64,000 nucleotides of DNA from an uncultured Bacilli bacterium (GCA_934096815.1 CAKOMY010000004.1:7436-71435); one strand, 5' to 3'. Positions 10,587 through 21,193 are shown, counted from the first letter of the stretch. Notes: generated by a model from the sequence alone, not told the origin. A program made the numbers and translations.

Positions 10587-11541
10587 ATATTCAATAATTG
10601 TACCAACTTATAATGCAGAAAAATTTATTATTAAATGTGCTGAATCTTTAAAAAATCAAAATTTTGAAGATTATGAGGTTTTATTTATTAATGATGGTTC
10701 AACTGATGATACATTAAATATATTAAATAATTATATAAAAAATAATAAATTAGATAATTTTAAAGTTATAACTAAAAAGAATGAGGGAGTAAGTAGTTCT
10801 AGAAACTATGGAATAAAGCATGCTAAGGGTGAATTTTTACTTGCAGTTGATAGTGATGATTTTGTAAGTGAAGATTTTTTAACAAAAATAGATGAGGCAG
10901 TAAATGATGATGTTGATATATTAATATTTAGTTTTTATGAATATTTTAATGATGATAATAAAAGAAAGAAAATTGGAATAAGTTCTAGTTGTGAAGATAT
11001 TAAAAGAAACGCTATGATATCAGCACCTGCTCAGTGGAATAAAGCAATTAGAAGAGAACTATTTATAAAAAATAATATTTTTTTTCCAGAAGGATTAATT
11101 TATGAAGATTTAGGAACTATTCCAAAACTTTATTTATTAACAGATAAAATTAAATTTATTGATGAGTATATTTATTATTATCGTCAACAAGAAAATTCAA
11201 TAATGCATACTTTTAATGAAAAGATATTTAATATATATCCCATATTAGAAAATTTAAAAGATTATTATGATAAAAATGATATAAAAAAATTGTATACTAA
11301 TGAATTAGAAAAAATATTTATATATAATACATTTTTTATTGTAAATACTCTTGGTTGTGTTAAATTTAAACAAAAATTAAAATATCAAAATGATTCCATA
11401 AAATTTTTGAATAAAAGTTATCCAAAGTGGTATAGAAATCCTTATTTAAAAAATGAGAAATTTAAAACAAGATTACATATTTTAATCATGAAATATAATT
11501 TCTTATTATCTATTTATAATTTGATTAGAGGTATAATATGA
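10579..11541 (+). CDS. GT2-family glycosyltransferase
   Basis: SIIVPTYNAEKFIIKCAESLKNQNFEDYEVLFINDGSTDDT...VDSDD. Paralogous to 4170..5120 and 5122..6072. Confidence 0.8.
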   Translation: MLKYSIIVPTYNAEKFIIKCAESLKNQNFEDYEVLFINDGSTDDTLNILNNYIKNNKLDNFKVITKKNEGVSSSRNYGIKHAKGEFLLAVDSDDFVSEDFLTKIDEAVNDDVDILIFSFYEYFNDDNKRKKIGISSSCEDIKRNAMISAPAQWNKAIRRELFIKNNIFFPEGLIYEDLGTIPKLYLLTDKIKFIDEYIYYYRQQENSIMHTFNEKIFNIYPILENLKDYYDKNDIKKLYTNELEKIFIYNTFFIVNTLGCVKFKQKLKYQNDSIKFLNKSYPKWYRNPYLKNEKFKTRLHILIMKYNFLLSIYNLIRGII

Positions 11542-12641
11542 AAAAGAAAGTTTTATTTATAATATGGTCATATTCTTATGGCGGAGGAGCAGAGAGAGTA
11601 CTTACAAATATCGTTAATAATTTAGACTCTTCTAAGTATGAAATTGATATTTTAGAATATTTATATGCTGGTATAAAAAAAGAAGAAATAAACGATAATA
11701 TTAATTTGCTTGATCCAATTATAGATATAACCGATAGATCTTTTGTTAATAGGGTTAATAATTGTGTCAAAGAAAAAATTGTTTTTAGGTTTCCTAAATT
11801 ATTAAGGAAAAAATATATTAAAAAAAATTATGATGTTGAAATAGCATTTAATTATTTAATTCCTACTTTTTTACTTGACTATAATGTTAAAACTATTGGA
11901 TGGTGTCATGGAGCAATAACTGACTTAAAAGATAATGATAGATTAAGAAATCTTCAAAAAAAGTATTTTGATAAAATAAATAAAATAGTTGCTATTTCTA
12001 ATAAAACTTTTGATTCTATTTTAGAAGTTTATCCAGAATATAAAGATAAAGTTAAGCTAATTTATAATGGTTTTGATAAAAATAATATTTTAATGCAAAT
12101 TAATGATTATAAATCTGATCCAATTGATATTCTTTATTGTGGTAGATTTGATGAAAATAAAAATCCAAGTAAATTTATTGAAATAATTAGAAATATAAAA
12201 AAAGTGAAAAAGGATGTTAAAGCTGGTATGCTTGGAATTGGTAAATTAGAAAAAGATATAAAAAAGATGATTGATAAGTATGAGCTTAATGATAATGTAA
12301 TATTATATGGTTATAAAAACAATCCTTATCCAATAATAAATGGCACTAAAATTATGTGTATGACATCTTATTCAGAAGGCTTTCCAACTGTTTTAATGGA
12401 AGGAATGATTTTGGGTAAACCTTTTATAAGTACTGATGTTGCTGGTACTAAAGAAATGTCTAATAATAATAAATGTGGATTTATTAGCAATGATAATAAT
12501 GAGCTATGTGATTATGCATTAAAATTATTAGATGATAAAAAACTATATGATAAAATGAGTAAAGATTCACAAATACATGCTGAAAATTTTACTTTAATGA
12601 GTCAAATAAAAAATATAGAAAGTTTGATTGATGGGAATTAG
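11538..12641 (+). CDS. GT4-family glycosyltransferase
   Basis: 367 aa. CMTSYSEGFPTVLMEGMILGKPFISTDVAGTKE is the GT4 EX7E region. Confidence 0.75.
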   Translation: MKKKVLFIIWSYSYGGGAERVLTNIVNNLDSSKYEIDILEYLYAGIKKEEINDNINLLDPIIDITDRSFVNRVNNCVKEKIVFRFPKLLRKKYIKKNYDVEIAFNYLIPTFLLDYNVKTIGWCHGAITDLKDNDRLRNLQKKYFDKINKIVAISNKTFDSILEVYPEYKDKVKLIYNGFDKNNILMQINDYKSDPIDILYCGRFDENKNPSKFIEIIRNIKKVKKDVKAGMLGIGKLEKDIKKMIDKYELNDNVILYGYKNNPYPIINGTKIMCMTSYSEGFPTVLMEGMILGKPFISTDVAGTKEMSNNNKCGFISNDNNELCDYALKLLDDKKLYDKMSKDSQIHAENFTLMSQIKNIESLIDGN

Positions 12642-12644
12642 AAT

Positions 12645-13694
12645 ATGAAAAGGATTTTAATAACTGCTGGTTATATGGGAACTGGTTCTTCAGCAATGAC
12701 TGATTTACTAAGCGAATTTAAAAATGTTAATAATAAATATAAAGATTTTGAATATATATTTTTGCATTGTCCTAATGGATTATTTGATTTAGAAGACAAA
12801 TTGCTAGTTGGCAATAATTCTATGCGTAGTGATGAAGCACTTCATGTTTTTAGAAATGCAATGAAAGACTTATATGATGTAAAATTTTGGTGGCCTGGTA
12901 ATTATAAAAATATTATTGGAGAAGACTTCATGAACATAGTTGATGAATATATTGATTCAATAACATTATTTAAAACTGATAATTTTTGGTATTATCAAGA
13001 AAAACCTACTAAAATTAATATGTTAAAATGTATATATTTTTATATTCTAAATAAGATATTTAATAATAAGTTTAAAGATAAGAAAGTTTTGAGATATGAT
13101 ACAATGCTTTTATCATATGTTGATAGTGATATATTTTACGATAAATCTAAAATATTTATTAATAAAGTAATTAATGAAATAGATAATAATGATGATGATA
13201 TATTATTAGATCAATTATTGTTACCTCATAATGCGTGGAGAATTGATAAATATTTTGAAAATAATACTAAGATGTTTATTATAGATAGAGATCCTAGAGA
13301 TTTATTTGTTCTAAATAAATATGTTTGGAGTAAAAAAGGTATCACGGTTCCTTATTCTTTTGATGTTAACAAATTTTGTATGCAGTATAGAGAAATAAGA
13401 AAAAATGTTAAAGAATATAATTCAAATTATGTTATGAAAATAAAATTTGAGGATCTTATATATAAATATGATGATACTTTAAAACAAATCAAAAAATTTA
13501 TGAATTACAAAGATAATGATCATATAAATAAGAAAAAAAGATTTGATCCAAATAAATCTATAGCTAATACGCAAGTATTTTTATCAAAAAATATTAATAA
13601 GGAAGAAATAAAATATATTGAAAAAGAACTTAAAGAGTATTTATATGATTTTCCGTATGTGGTTTCTTCTGCAATTGAAGATACAATAGATTAA
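12645..13694 (+). CDS. putative sulfotransferase-family protein
   Basis: 349 aa. N-terminal Gly-rich loop (ITAGYMGTGSSAMTDLL) resembles the 5'-PSB loop, and the mid-protein DRDPRDLFVLNKY resembles the sulfotransferase R-x-P-x-D 3'-PB region. Motif-level call only. Confidence 0.4.
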   Translation: MKRILITAGYMGTGSSAMTDLLSEFKNVNNKYKDFEYIFLHCPNGLFDLEDKLLVGNNSMRSDEALHVFRNAMKDLYDVKFWWPGNYKNIIGEDFMNIVDEYIDSITLFKTDNFWYYQEKPTKINMLKCIYFYILNKIFNNKFKDKKVLRYDTMLLSYVDSDIFYDKSKIFINKVINEIDNNDDDILLDQLLLPHNAWRIDKYFENNTKMFIIDRDPRDLFVLNKYVWSKKGITVPYSFDVNKFCMQYREIRKNVKEYNSNYVMKIKFEDLIYKYDDTLKQIKKFMNYKDNDHINKKKRFDPNKSIANTQVFLSKNINKEEIKYIEKELKEYLYDFPYVVSSAIEDTID

Positions 13695-13712
13695 AAAGCT
13701 TTGATAAATGTA

Positions 13713-14072
13713 TTATTTTTGCCCAACATTAGATATCATTGAACCTAACATTGAAGAAAGCGTTATTACTAAATAATATATAAATGTATTAAATGTTAAT
13801 TCATTATGAAATATAAGACTTAATAATAAATATAATATAGATGTAATAAGTCCTAATAATAGGCCATGAATATATTTCCTTTTTTGCATTTCTTTACTTA
13901 AATAATAGCCAGATATAAACATAACTATAGACATCATGATTAATATAAATATATTGTTCGTTTTAAAACCTAATAGATTGGTTATACTAAATAAGATAGC
14001 CATAATTATTAAAGAAATAAAGGGTATTGCTAATGTTTTTAAATATTTAATTATATAATTCAAAAAAATCAC
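13713..14072 (-). CDS. small integral membrane protein (3-4 TM)
   Basis: 119-aa hydrophobic ORF. No recognisable family. Confidence 0.4.
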   Translation of the reverse strand: MIFLNYIIKYLKTLAIPFISLIIMAILFSITNLLGFKTNNIFILIMMSIVMFISGYYLSKEMQKRKYIHGLLLGLITSILYLLLSLIFHNELTFNTFIYYLVITLSSMLGSMISNVGQK

Positions 14073-14093
14073 CTAATAAATATTATGTGATTT

Positions 14094-14441
14094 TTATTTA
14101 TTTATGCATGTACTTGCACATTTACCATATGTTCTAGATAAGTTAGATGCACCTAGCTTTGTTCCACCATAGAATCTAACTACAGCAATTAAATGATTAT
14201 TAAGACTATTCCTATCTAAATTATTTAAGAAAGAAATAGAAATATTACCTGGTTCTTTATCATCAGATTTACCTGCAGTGTTGTTAAAATAATAAGCATA
14301 TGGTATGTGTCTATATCCTTTGTTTTCTTCTTTTAACTTATTTAATATTAGTTTAACTTCATCTAGAGTATCTAATTTATATAAATAGCCATAAAATTTT
14401 GATTTTTTAATTTCAATATAACTTGTATTTATTAATTTCAT
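14094..14441 (-). CDS. IMPACT/YigZ-family N-terminal domain protein
   Basis: 115 aa. IEIKKSKFYGY...VVRFYGGTKLGASNL matches the UPF0029 (IMPACT) signature R-(Y/F)-(F/Y)-G-G-x-K-L-G. Only the N-domain is present. Confidence 0.5.
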   Translation of the reverse strand: MKLINTSYIEIKKSKFYGYLYKLDTLDEVKLILNKLKEENKGYRHIPYAYYFNNTAGKSDDKEPGNISISFLNNLDRNSLNNHLIAVVRFYGGTKLGASNLSRTYGKCASTCINK

Positions 14442-14478
14442 ATAACATCTTTATCATTATATCAATTAATTTAATAAT

Positions 14479-15471
14479 GTGCTATATTATTTGTGTGTAA
14501 TGAAGTGTTACAGTAGTAGGGAGTTTAGCAAAAATATGTTAGATGAAGATAATAAAACAATACTTTGTAATAGAATAATAAATATATTAGCTAAAAAGGG
14601 ATTTGATAAGATAGAAGAGCCTCGAAATTTACGTTTAAGAGAACAACTTGATATTAAAGAATCTTTTAATATTGTTCTTGAGTTTTTAAAGAAGTTTGAT
14701 ATAAATTTATATAATATGTTTTTAAACTTAGCAGAAAATGATAAAGAAAGTTTTTTATTTTTAAACGAAGATATTAATGAAGATATTAAAGAATTTGCTT
14801 ATGGTTGTGTTAAAGAAGATGGAAAACTTATAATTATAGTTAAAAATAATATACGCGATGTATTTACAATTGTTCATGAGTTTATTCATAAAGTTTATTT
14901 TCAAAAACATATTAGTTCTAAAATCAATTTTAATAATTTTGTGGAAGTTTCGTCTATAACAATTGAACTATATTTGTATAAATATTTAATGGACTATACT
15001 GAATATGAATTGGATGCTGAAAAAGTAATGAAAGAACGTTACTTTTATGAGACATTAACTGGCTTTTATATAAGCTATGTTAATTTTATTAAAGAAATAT
15101 TTAAAGAAGATCCATGGGAAGCAATAAATATAGATAATTATGAAGATATCTTTAATAAAGAAATACAGTTATTACCAGTATTATATAAAAATACGTTTAT
15201 TAAGTATCATAAATATTTTGATGGTCTAATTAAAGAAGATGGTACTGATTTAGAAAATAAATTAAATTTTAGATTTAGATATGTAAATGGGCTTTATTTA
15301 GCTTCATATATTTTATATCATGATGATAGAGAATTGTTTGATAAAATGGGACTTGCAGCATATGATGATACAATTACTTTTGATTTAGATTATTTGGAAG
15401 CTGATGAATGTTTTTATAATTATTTTAATAAGTTTGTAAATAAAATCAATAATATAAGTAGAATTAGGTGA
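14479..15471 (+). CDS. hypothetical protein with HExxH motif (possible metallopeptidase-like fold)
   Basis: The ORF contains IVHEFIHKVYF (HEFIH). The start is uncertain: an internal ATG at 14537 follows a GGGAG-like RBS. Confidence 0.3.
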   Translation: MLYYLCVMKCYSSREFSKNMLDEDNKTILCNRIINILAKKGFDKIEEPRNLRLREQLDIKESFNIVLEFLKKFDINLYNMFLNLAENDKESFLFLNEDINEDIKEFAYGCVKEDGKLIIIVKNNIRDVFTIVHEFIHKVYFQKHISSKINFNNFVEVSSITIELYLYKYLMDYTEYELDAEKVMKERYFYETLTGFYISYVNFIKEIFKEDPWEAINIDNYEDIFNKEIQLLPVLYKNTFIKYHKYFDGLIKEDGTDLENKLNFRFRYVNGLYLASYILYHDDRELFDKMGLAAYDDTITFDLDYLEADECFYNYFNKFVNKINNISRIR

Positions 15472-17234
15472 TTATTTTGTTTAAAGAAGAATTAGAATTA
15501 GTTCCTACTAAACCAGGATCTTATCAGATGTATGATAAAAATGATATAGTTATATATGTTGGTAAAGCCAAGAATTTAAAGAGAAGATTAAGTTCATATT
15601 TTAATAGAACTCAAACTGGTAAGACGGCGGAACTTGTTAAAAATATTGCTTATTTTAAGTATATAGTTACTAATACGGAGTTGGAGTCTTTTATATTAGA
15701 AATTAATTTAATTAAAAAGTATAATCCAAAGTATAATATTTTACTTAAAGATGATAAGAGTTATCCTTATATTGAATATAGTAGAAAGCCTTATCCAACG
15801 CTTAAGGTAGTTAGATATTTAAAGGTTAAAAATAGAAAGGATAAATATTTATTTGGACCATATGTTAATGCTTATGCGGCTAGAAGAATTGTTAATTTAA
15901 TAAATAGATTATATCCTTTAAAGAAGTGTGAAGGAATGCCTAAAGATGTATGTTTATACTATCATATTCATGAATGTTTAGGTTATTGTAAAAAAGATAT
16001 CGACCAAGAAAAAATAGATGAAATGGAAAAAGATATATTATCTTTCTTAAGAGGAAATGAAGATATTATTAAGAGTAAATTAAAGGAAAAGATTGAAGCT
16101 TATTCTGAATCTATGAATTATGAACTAGCGCTAGAGCTTAAAAAAGAACTTGATTATATGACTGTTGTATTAGAAAAACAAAAAGTTGAGCTTAATCCAA
16201 GTGAAAATTTAGATGTAATTAATTATGCTTTTAAAAATGGATTTTTATCATTACAAATCTTGTTTGTTAGGAATGGTAAATTGATAGGCGCTAATAGTGA
16301 AATATATCCAGTTATGGAGAATTATTTAGAAGAATTAGAATATTACATTGCCATGTTTTATAACAAAAAGGAAATACCTAAAGAGATATTACTTCCTGAT
16401 GAGGTTGATGATAATATTTTAAAAGAGATTATTGATACTAAGTTTATTAAAATTAGTAAGGGTAGCAAAAGAAAGCTTCTTAATATGGCTAAAGATAATG
16501 CAGAAATTAATTTAGATAATAATTTTGAAAGATATCAACAAAAATTAAATAAAACTAGTGGGGCTAATGATGAACTATCAGCACTACTTGGAATTGGCAT
16601 TAACCGAATTGATATATTTGATAACTCTAATTTATTTGGTACATATGCAGTATCAGGAATGGTTGTATTTGTTAATGGAATGCCTGATAAATCAAAGTAT
16701 CGTAAATATAAGATAATTGAAGATAAAAATGATGATTATAACACGATGAAAGAAGTAATATACAGAAGATACTATCATGGATTAATTGATAAAGATTTGC
16801 CTGAGTTAATACTAGTTGATGGGGGATTGAGTCAAATTAGAGCTGCTAAGGAAGTATTACAGGAACTTAATCTTGATATAAAAGTATGCGGTCTAGTTAA
16901 AAATGATAAACATCAAACTAATGATTTGTTAGATGGTGATACATTAGAGTTATATGATATTGATAGAACTAGTAATTTATTTCATTATTTAACTAGAATG
17001 CAAGATGAGGTTCATAGGTTTACAATAACTTATCATAAACAAATAAGGAGTAAAGGATCTATTCAAAGTTTACTTGATAATATTCCGGGTATTGGTGATA
17101 AGAGAAGAAAAGAATTAATTAAAAAGTTTGGTAGTGCTAAAAAGATAAAAGAGGCAAGTACTGAGGAAATAGCTGAAATAATACCGCTAAATGTAGCCGA
17201 AAACTTAAAGAAATATTTAGATAAGAATTTATAG
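15468..17234 (+). CDS. uvrC: excinuclease ABC subunit C
   Basis: 588 aa. N-terminal GIY-YIG domain (PGSYQMYDKNDIVIYVGKAKNLKRRLSSYF), UvrBC-interaction region, RNase-H-like endonuclease domain and C-terminal HhH (LLDNIPGIGDKRRKELIKKFGS). Confidence 0.9.
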   Translation: MIILFKEELELVPTKPGSYQMYDKNDIVIYVGKAKNLKRRLSSYFNRTQTGKTAELVKNIAYFKYIVTNTELESFILEINLIKKYNPKYNILLKDDKSYPYIEYSRKPYPTLKVVRYLKVKNRKDKYLFGPYVNAYAARRIVNLINRLYPLKKCEGMPKDVCLYYHIHECLGYCKKDIDQEKIDEMEKDILSFLRGNEDIIKSKLKEKIEAYSESMNYELALELKKELDYMTVVLEKQKVELNPSENLDVINYAFKNGFLSLQILFVRNGKLIGANSEIYPVMENYLEELEYYIAMFYNKKEIPKEILLPDEVDDNILKEIIDTKFIKISKGSKRKLLNMAKDNAEINLDNNFERYQQKLNKTSGANDELSALLGIGINRIDIFDNSNLFGTYAVSGMVVFVNGMPDKSKYRKYKIIEDKNDDYNTMKEVIYRRYYHGLIDKDLPELILVDGGLSQIRAAKEVLQELNLDIKVCGLVKNDKHQTNDLLDGDTLELYDIDRTSNLFHYLTRMQDEVHRFTITYHKQIRSKGSIQSLLDNIPGIGDKRRKELIKKFGSAKKIKEASTEEIAEIIPLNVAENLKKYLDKNL

Positions 17235-17242
17235 TATTGATA

Positions 17243-17272
17243 AGCATAAGCAACACTTATGTTTTTTTCTAT
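17243..17272 (+). terminator. rho-independent terminator after uvrC
   Basis: The hairpin cataag-caaca-cttatg is followed by TTTTTTTC. Confidence 0.5.
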
Positions 17273-17412
17273 GAAAGTTAAATAGTGAACAAATGGTTGT
17301 ATTATTATGAATTATATGGTAAAATATAGCTTAAGTTTATGAGGGACTGCAAAGATTAAGTTATAGTTAAAATAAATAATAAATTATTTTAAATGAAATT
17401 TAGGGGGATTTT

Positions 17413-18438
17413 ATGATAAAAGATAATTTTACTAATATTGATAAACAAATATTTGATTCTATTTTTAGAGTTACAGAAACAATTGAAAGACTTTATGAGG
17501 GATTATATAATTTAGAAATCAAAGGACTTAAAAATAGTGAGGAATATAATAGAAAACTTAATTTGTTAAAAATATTTTTAAAGCAAGAAGAACAATTATA
17601 TAATGATGTTAAGTTTGATAAAAATAAGGTTTATTCTTGGCTAAAATATATAAAAATTGCTAAAAATGTTGGTTGTTTGGGAAATAATTTTGATAGTGTT
17701 ATATATGGTAAATATGAAAATAAAACAATAAGACGTATTTATAATAAATTATATAAGGAACTTCATATAATAAATTTAAATATTGGAGATTATTTAAATA
17801 ATGGATTTACTTTTGTAAGTTTAGGTAATGAAAATAATAGTAATTTAGAAAAGTTAATTTATAATTTAGCAATTACATATAAAGATAAAATTGAGGAAGA
17901 AGTTGATAAAGATTTTAAAAAGACTTTTTTTACTATCTTAAATGAATATATTAATGATCAAAATTATTTAGCAGTTAGAGATAAATTAATTTATACAAAA
18001 TATTATTTTTCGTTTATTTTTAGTAAATCAGAAGAATATATGCTTAGACATAGTTTTAGTGTTCCAGCTGATACTTATTTACTTTCTAAAATGGAATCGT
18101 CGAATTTAGGAGATTTATTTACAGAATCTTTTGAGGATGTTAAAGATGATTTTTGTAACGATTTGGTTACTAAGTATATAAATATATTGATTGATCAATT
18201 TGAAAATATGGAAAGTGATTTAGAAGTTATAATTTGTAAAACATTTATTAGGGCATTACTTATTAATATGAGTTATAGTCGTGTTAAAAAATTAAAAGAT
18301 GATTTTGAATACAGTTTAAATAAATTAGATAGTAATTTTCTTCAAAATAGTAAATATTTTGGATGGAATTTAGTTAATGATTGTTTCAATTCTATTAATA
18401 AAGATAGAGAAAAAGTTAAATTGATTACTTTAAAATAG
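17413..18438 (+). CDS. hypothetical protein (paralog family member 1)
   Basis: 341 aa. Shares architecture and local motifs (LYNDVKFDKNKVYSWLKYIK vs LYNDLNFDLRKIDGWICYIK) with the next ORF. Preceded by TGgTAAAAT (extended -10) and a GGGGGA RBS. No known family recognised. Confidence 0.5.
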   Translation: MIKDNFTNIDKQIFDSIFRVTETIERLYEGLYNLEIKGLKNSEEYNRKLNLLKIFLKQEEQLYNDVKFDKNKVYSWLKYIKIAKNVGCLGNNFDSVIYGKYENKTIRRIYNKLYKELHIINLNIGDYLNNGFTFVSLGNENNSNLEKLIYNLAITYKDKIEEEVDKDFKKTFFTILNEYINDQNYLAVRDKLIYTKYYFSFIFSKSEEYMLRHSFSVPADTYLLSKMESSNLGDLFTESFEDVKDDFCNDLVTKYINILIDQFENMESDLEVIICKTFIRALLINMSYSRVKKLKDDFEYSLNKLDSNFLQNSKYFGWNLVNDCFNSINKDREKVKLITLK

Positions 18439-18451
18439 TAAGGGAGACGTT

Positions 18452-19465
18452 ATGATAAAATATAATATGAGTGAAAGAGATTTGCAAGAATTAAATAAAT
18501 TAATTGAGTTTGAGAATTATATTAAAAAAATATATAAAAGATTAATTTTACTTGAATCAACAGATAGAAAAAATACTTCTAAATATCGAAAATTAATTGA
18601 ACATTTAGATGAAATAGTATATTTAGAAGATAAATTATATAATGATTTAAATTTTGATTTAAGAAAGATTGATGGCTGGATTTGCTATATTAAAAATAAT
18701 AAGTTGACTCATAAAAGAGCTGAAGATATGATAATTAGTGGATATGCTGATTACATAACTTATGAAAGAATTTATTATGCATTGCAGTATATTCGAAATT
18801 TAAAAATGAATAGCTTGGAAGATTTATCTTGGCTTGGTATAAAAATTGAACAAGTCTCTTTTGGAAAAAATGTGAAAACAGATACATTAGATCAACTAGT
18901 AGCAATGACCTCAAAATTATCAAATGCATATTTAGAAGATTATTGTACTGTTGCATTAATGTTTTTAGAAGAATGTATTCAAAAAGAGATAAACGATGAT
19001 GTTAAGAAAAAGTTAATTGAAAGAAAGTATTATATTATTTATATTTATAGAACTATTGAAAAAATGATGTTAAATAATACGTTTGAATTTCCTAAACAAA
19101 TTTATTCTAATTCAAAAATGGTAAGTAGTATATTTAATTATGACGATCAAATTGATAGAGATAATTATTTTTCAATGAGTTTAACAACATTAATTAATCA
19201 ATATATGAATATTGAACTTTTTGATAAAAATTATACTGATTGTATGGCATCTAAGAAAGTAATTGAATGTTTAATTAAAAGTAAACTTGCAAATGTGAGT
19301 GTGGAGATGATAGAAAAAGATATTATTTTTTTAAAGCATAACTTAGAACAATTATTAAATGTTTCAGTTGTTAGAGATAAAGCAAAAGAAGTTATTGATT
19401 TATTAAATAATACTAAAATTTATCGTGAGCGTGTAGGTACTATTACATTTGGTATTAAAAGATAA
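18452..19465 (+). CDS. hypothetical protein (paralog family member 2)
   Basis: 337 aa. Distant paralog of 17413..18438. RBS GGGAG. Confidence 0.5.
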   Translation: MIKYNMSERDLQELNKLIEFENYIKKIYKRLILLESTDRKNTSKYRKLIEHLDEIVYLEDKLYNDLNFDLRKIDGWICYIKNNKLTHKRAEDMIISGYADYITYERIYYALQYIRNLKMNSLEDLSWLGIKIEQVSFGKNVKTDTLDQLVAMTSKLSNAYLEDYCTVALMFLEECIQKEINDDVKKKLIERKYYIIYIYRTIEKMMLNNTFEFPKQIYSNSKMVSSIFNYDDQIDRDNYFSMSLTTLINQYMNIELFDKNYTDCMASKKVIECLIKSKLANVSVEMIEKDIIFLKHNLEQLLNVSVVRDKAKEVIDLLNNTKIYRERVGTITFGIKR

Positions 19466-19496
19466 TAACAATTTTATTTAAAAGGGGGATTTTATT

Positions 19497-20327
19497 ATGA
19501 ATACTGTACAAAAAGACTTAAATTATATATTTAGTGATAAAAAGCAAGGCGACTTTGCTTATTTGTATTCAAGAACTAATGAAGATTTAAAAAGATTATT
19601 TGAAATTATTGATGTTAGAAATAAAAATGTATTGTCTGTTTTATCTTCTTCTGATTATTTATTTTCAGCATTATATAAGGAAGCTGGAAATATAGAAACA
19701 TTTGATATTAATCGTATTACTTATAGATATTATTTTTTAAGAAAATGGCTTATTCAAAATGGATATTTAGATGCTGGTAAAGTGTGTACACAAGATATAT
19801 TTAAAATTATTTCTTCTATTAAAACAGATAATCAAGGTGAAAAAGATAGCTTATTATTTTGGAAATATTTCTTTAATCTTTCAAGATGTAAGAAAGATAA
19901 TTTATATTATTATGATAATTTATTTATTGATATAAATGCTAAGAAAATGATATATGAAGATGATTTAAGTAATGTAGCAGATATTTTAGATGGCTATAAC
20001 TTGCAGTTTAAACATATGAATGTATGTAATGGATTTAATTCTGATAAGAAATATGATGTTATCTTTTTATCTAATATTATGGATTATAATAGAAATAGTA
20101 AATCTAGGATTAATGATATACGTGATAATTTAGATGATTTGTTAACGGATGATGGAATTATTGTTATGGCGCATTTTAATTTCTTTTCGGGATTTAATAT
20201 AGAAAAAGATGTTTTTAATAAAACGTTTGATTATATTCCTCTTGATATTACTGATAGTTCAATAACTTATTATGCTTATAAAAAGAAAAAGAAATATTAT
20301 AATGGTGCAAAGATTAAAACCAGATAA
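19497..20327 (+). CDS. hypothetical protein, weakly class-I SAM-methyltransferase-like
   Basis: 276 aa. NVLSVLSSSDYLF (motif-I-like), IETFDIN (acidic motif-II-like) and DVIFLSNIMDY (motif-IV-like). This is a weak, motif-only call. Confidence 0.25.
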   Translation: MNTVQKDLNYIFSDKKQGDFAYLYSRTNEDLKRLFEIIDVRNKNVLSVLSSSDYLFSALYKEAGNIETFDINRITYRYYFLRKWLIQNGYLDAGKVCTQDIFKIISSIKTDNQGEKDSLLFWKYFFNLSRCKKDNLYYYDNLFIDINAKKMIYEDDLSNVADILDGYNLQFKHMNVCNGFNSDKKYDVIFLSNIMDYNRNSKSRINDIRDNLDDLLTDDGIIVMAHFNFFSGFNIEKDVFNKTFDYIPLDITDSSITYYAYKKKKKYYNGAKIKTR

Positions 20328-20330
20328 ATT

Positions 20331-21185
20331 TTGTTATTTAAGCAAAACAGAAAGGGTGATATCGTGAAGATATATGAATTAAAAGATGGATGTCAATTAA
20401 AGCTAATACAAAAAATACATAAGTTAGAAATATTTGGACAAGATGTTGAAGATATTTCTTATGATATTAAAATAATAACCGATGGTTTTATTGATTCCAA
20501 TAATGATATAAGTGAAATATATGACTATTATTCAAAAGATGATATTGTTAGAACTACAAATTTATATTTAAAAAATTATACTTATGCTATTGTTTTAACT
20601 ATTGGACGTGAATCATTTTATAATGGTAAAGTCGGAGGCGTTATTGATTGCATTAAAAATATTACTTTATATTTAAGAAATTTAAATGATAAAGAGGCAT
20701 TAAAAACAGCAAAAGAAGTAATAAAGCAAATTAGACAAGCAAATAGAGAATATAAAGACTTTTCAATGAATTCTTTATTGCGAGAAGAAAATAATGATTT
20801 TATATTTAACGTTCTTGATGAAAATGTATATTTTGCAAAAAAACTAATTAATGAAAAAACAAAAAAATATAGAGTATCTGATTTATATTTGATAAGTGCT
20901 AAGGGTAAAGAAAGAATAAACTATTTTTTATGCACATATAATCCTTTATATAATTGTTATATCGAGGTTTTAACAAATAATATTATAGAGCCAGATAGCG
21001 ATATAGAAGAAAATTACCTTCCTTCAATTCTAAATGAACTTAATATAAAAATAAGTTTACATAAAAAATTAAATTATTATGAGTTGATATATTTATATGA
21101 TAAGATTAGGAATATATCTGTTCCTAATTTAGAAGATAAGCATAATTTGATTGATAGTGGTAAGAAAGTAATAGTTAAAAAATAA
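20331..21185 (+). CDS. hypothetical protein
   Basis: 284-aa ORF with a normal RBS. No family recognised. Confidence 0.45.
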   Translation: MLFKQNRKGDIVKIYELKDGCQLKLIQKIHKLEIFGQDVEDISYDIKIITDGFIDSNNDISEIYDYYSKDDIVRTTNLYLKNYTYAIVLTIGRESFYNGKVGGVIDCIKNITLYLRNLNDKEALKTAKEVIKQIRQANREYKDFSMNSLLREENNDFIFNVLDENVYFAKKLINEKTKKYRVSDLYLISAKGKERINYFLCTYNPLYNCYIEVLTNNIIEPDSDIEENYLPSILNELNIKISLHKKLNYYELIYLYDKIRNISVPNLEDKHNLIDSGKKVIVKK

Positions 21186-21193
21186 AGCCTAAT

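Noticed and set aside
11576-11770. Minus-strand 64-aa ORF inside the GT4 gene
   Set aside because: Antisense shadow ORF.
18735-18956. Minus-strand 73-aa ORF within 18452..19465
   Set aside because: Antisense to an ORF with a good RBS, and has no RBS of its own.
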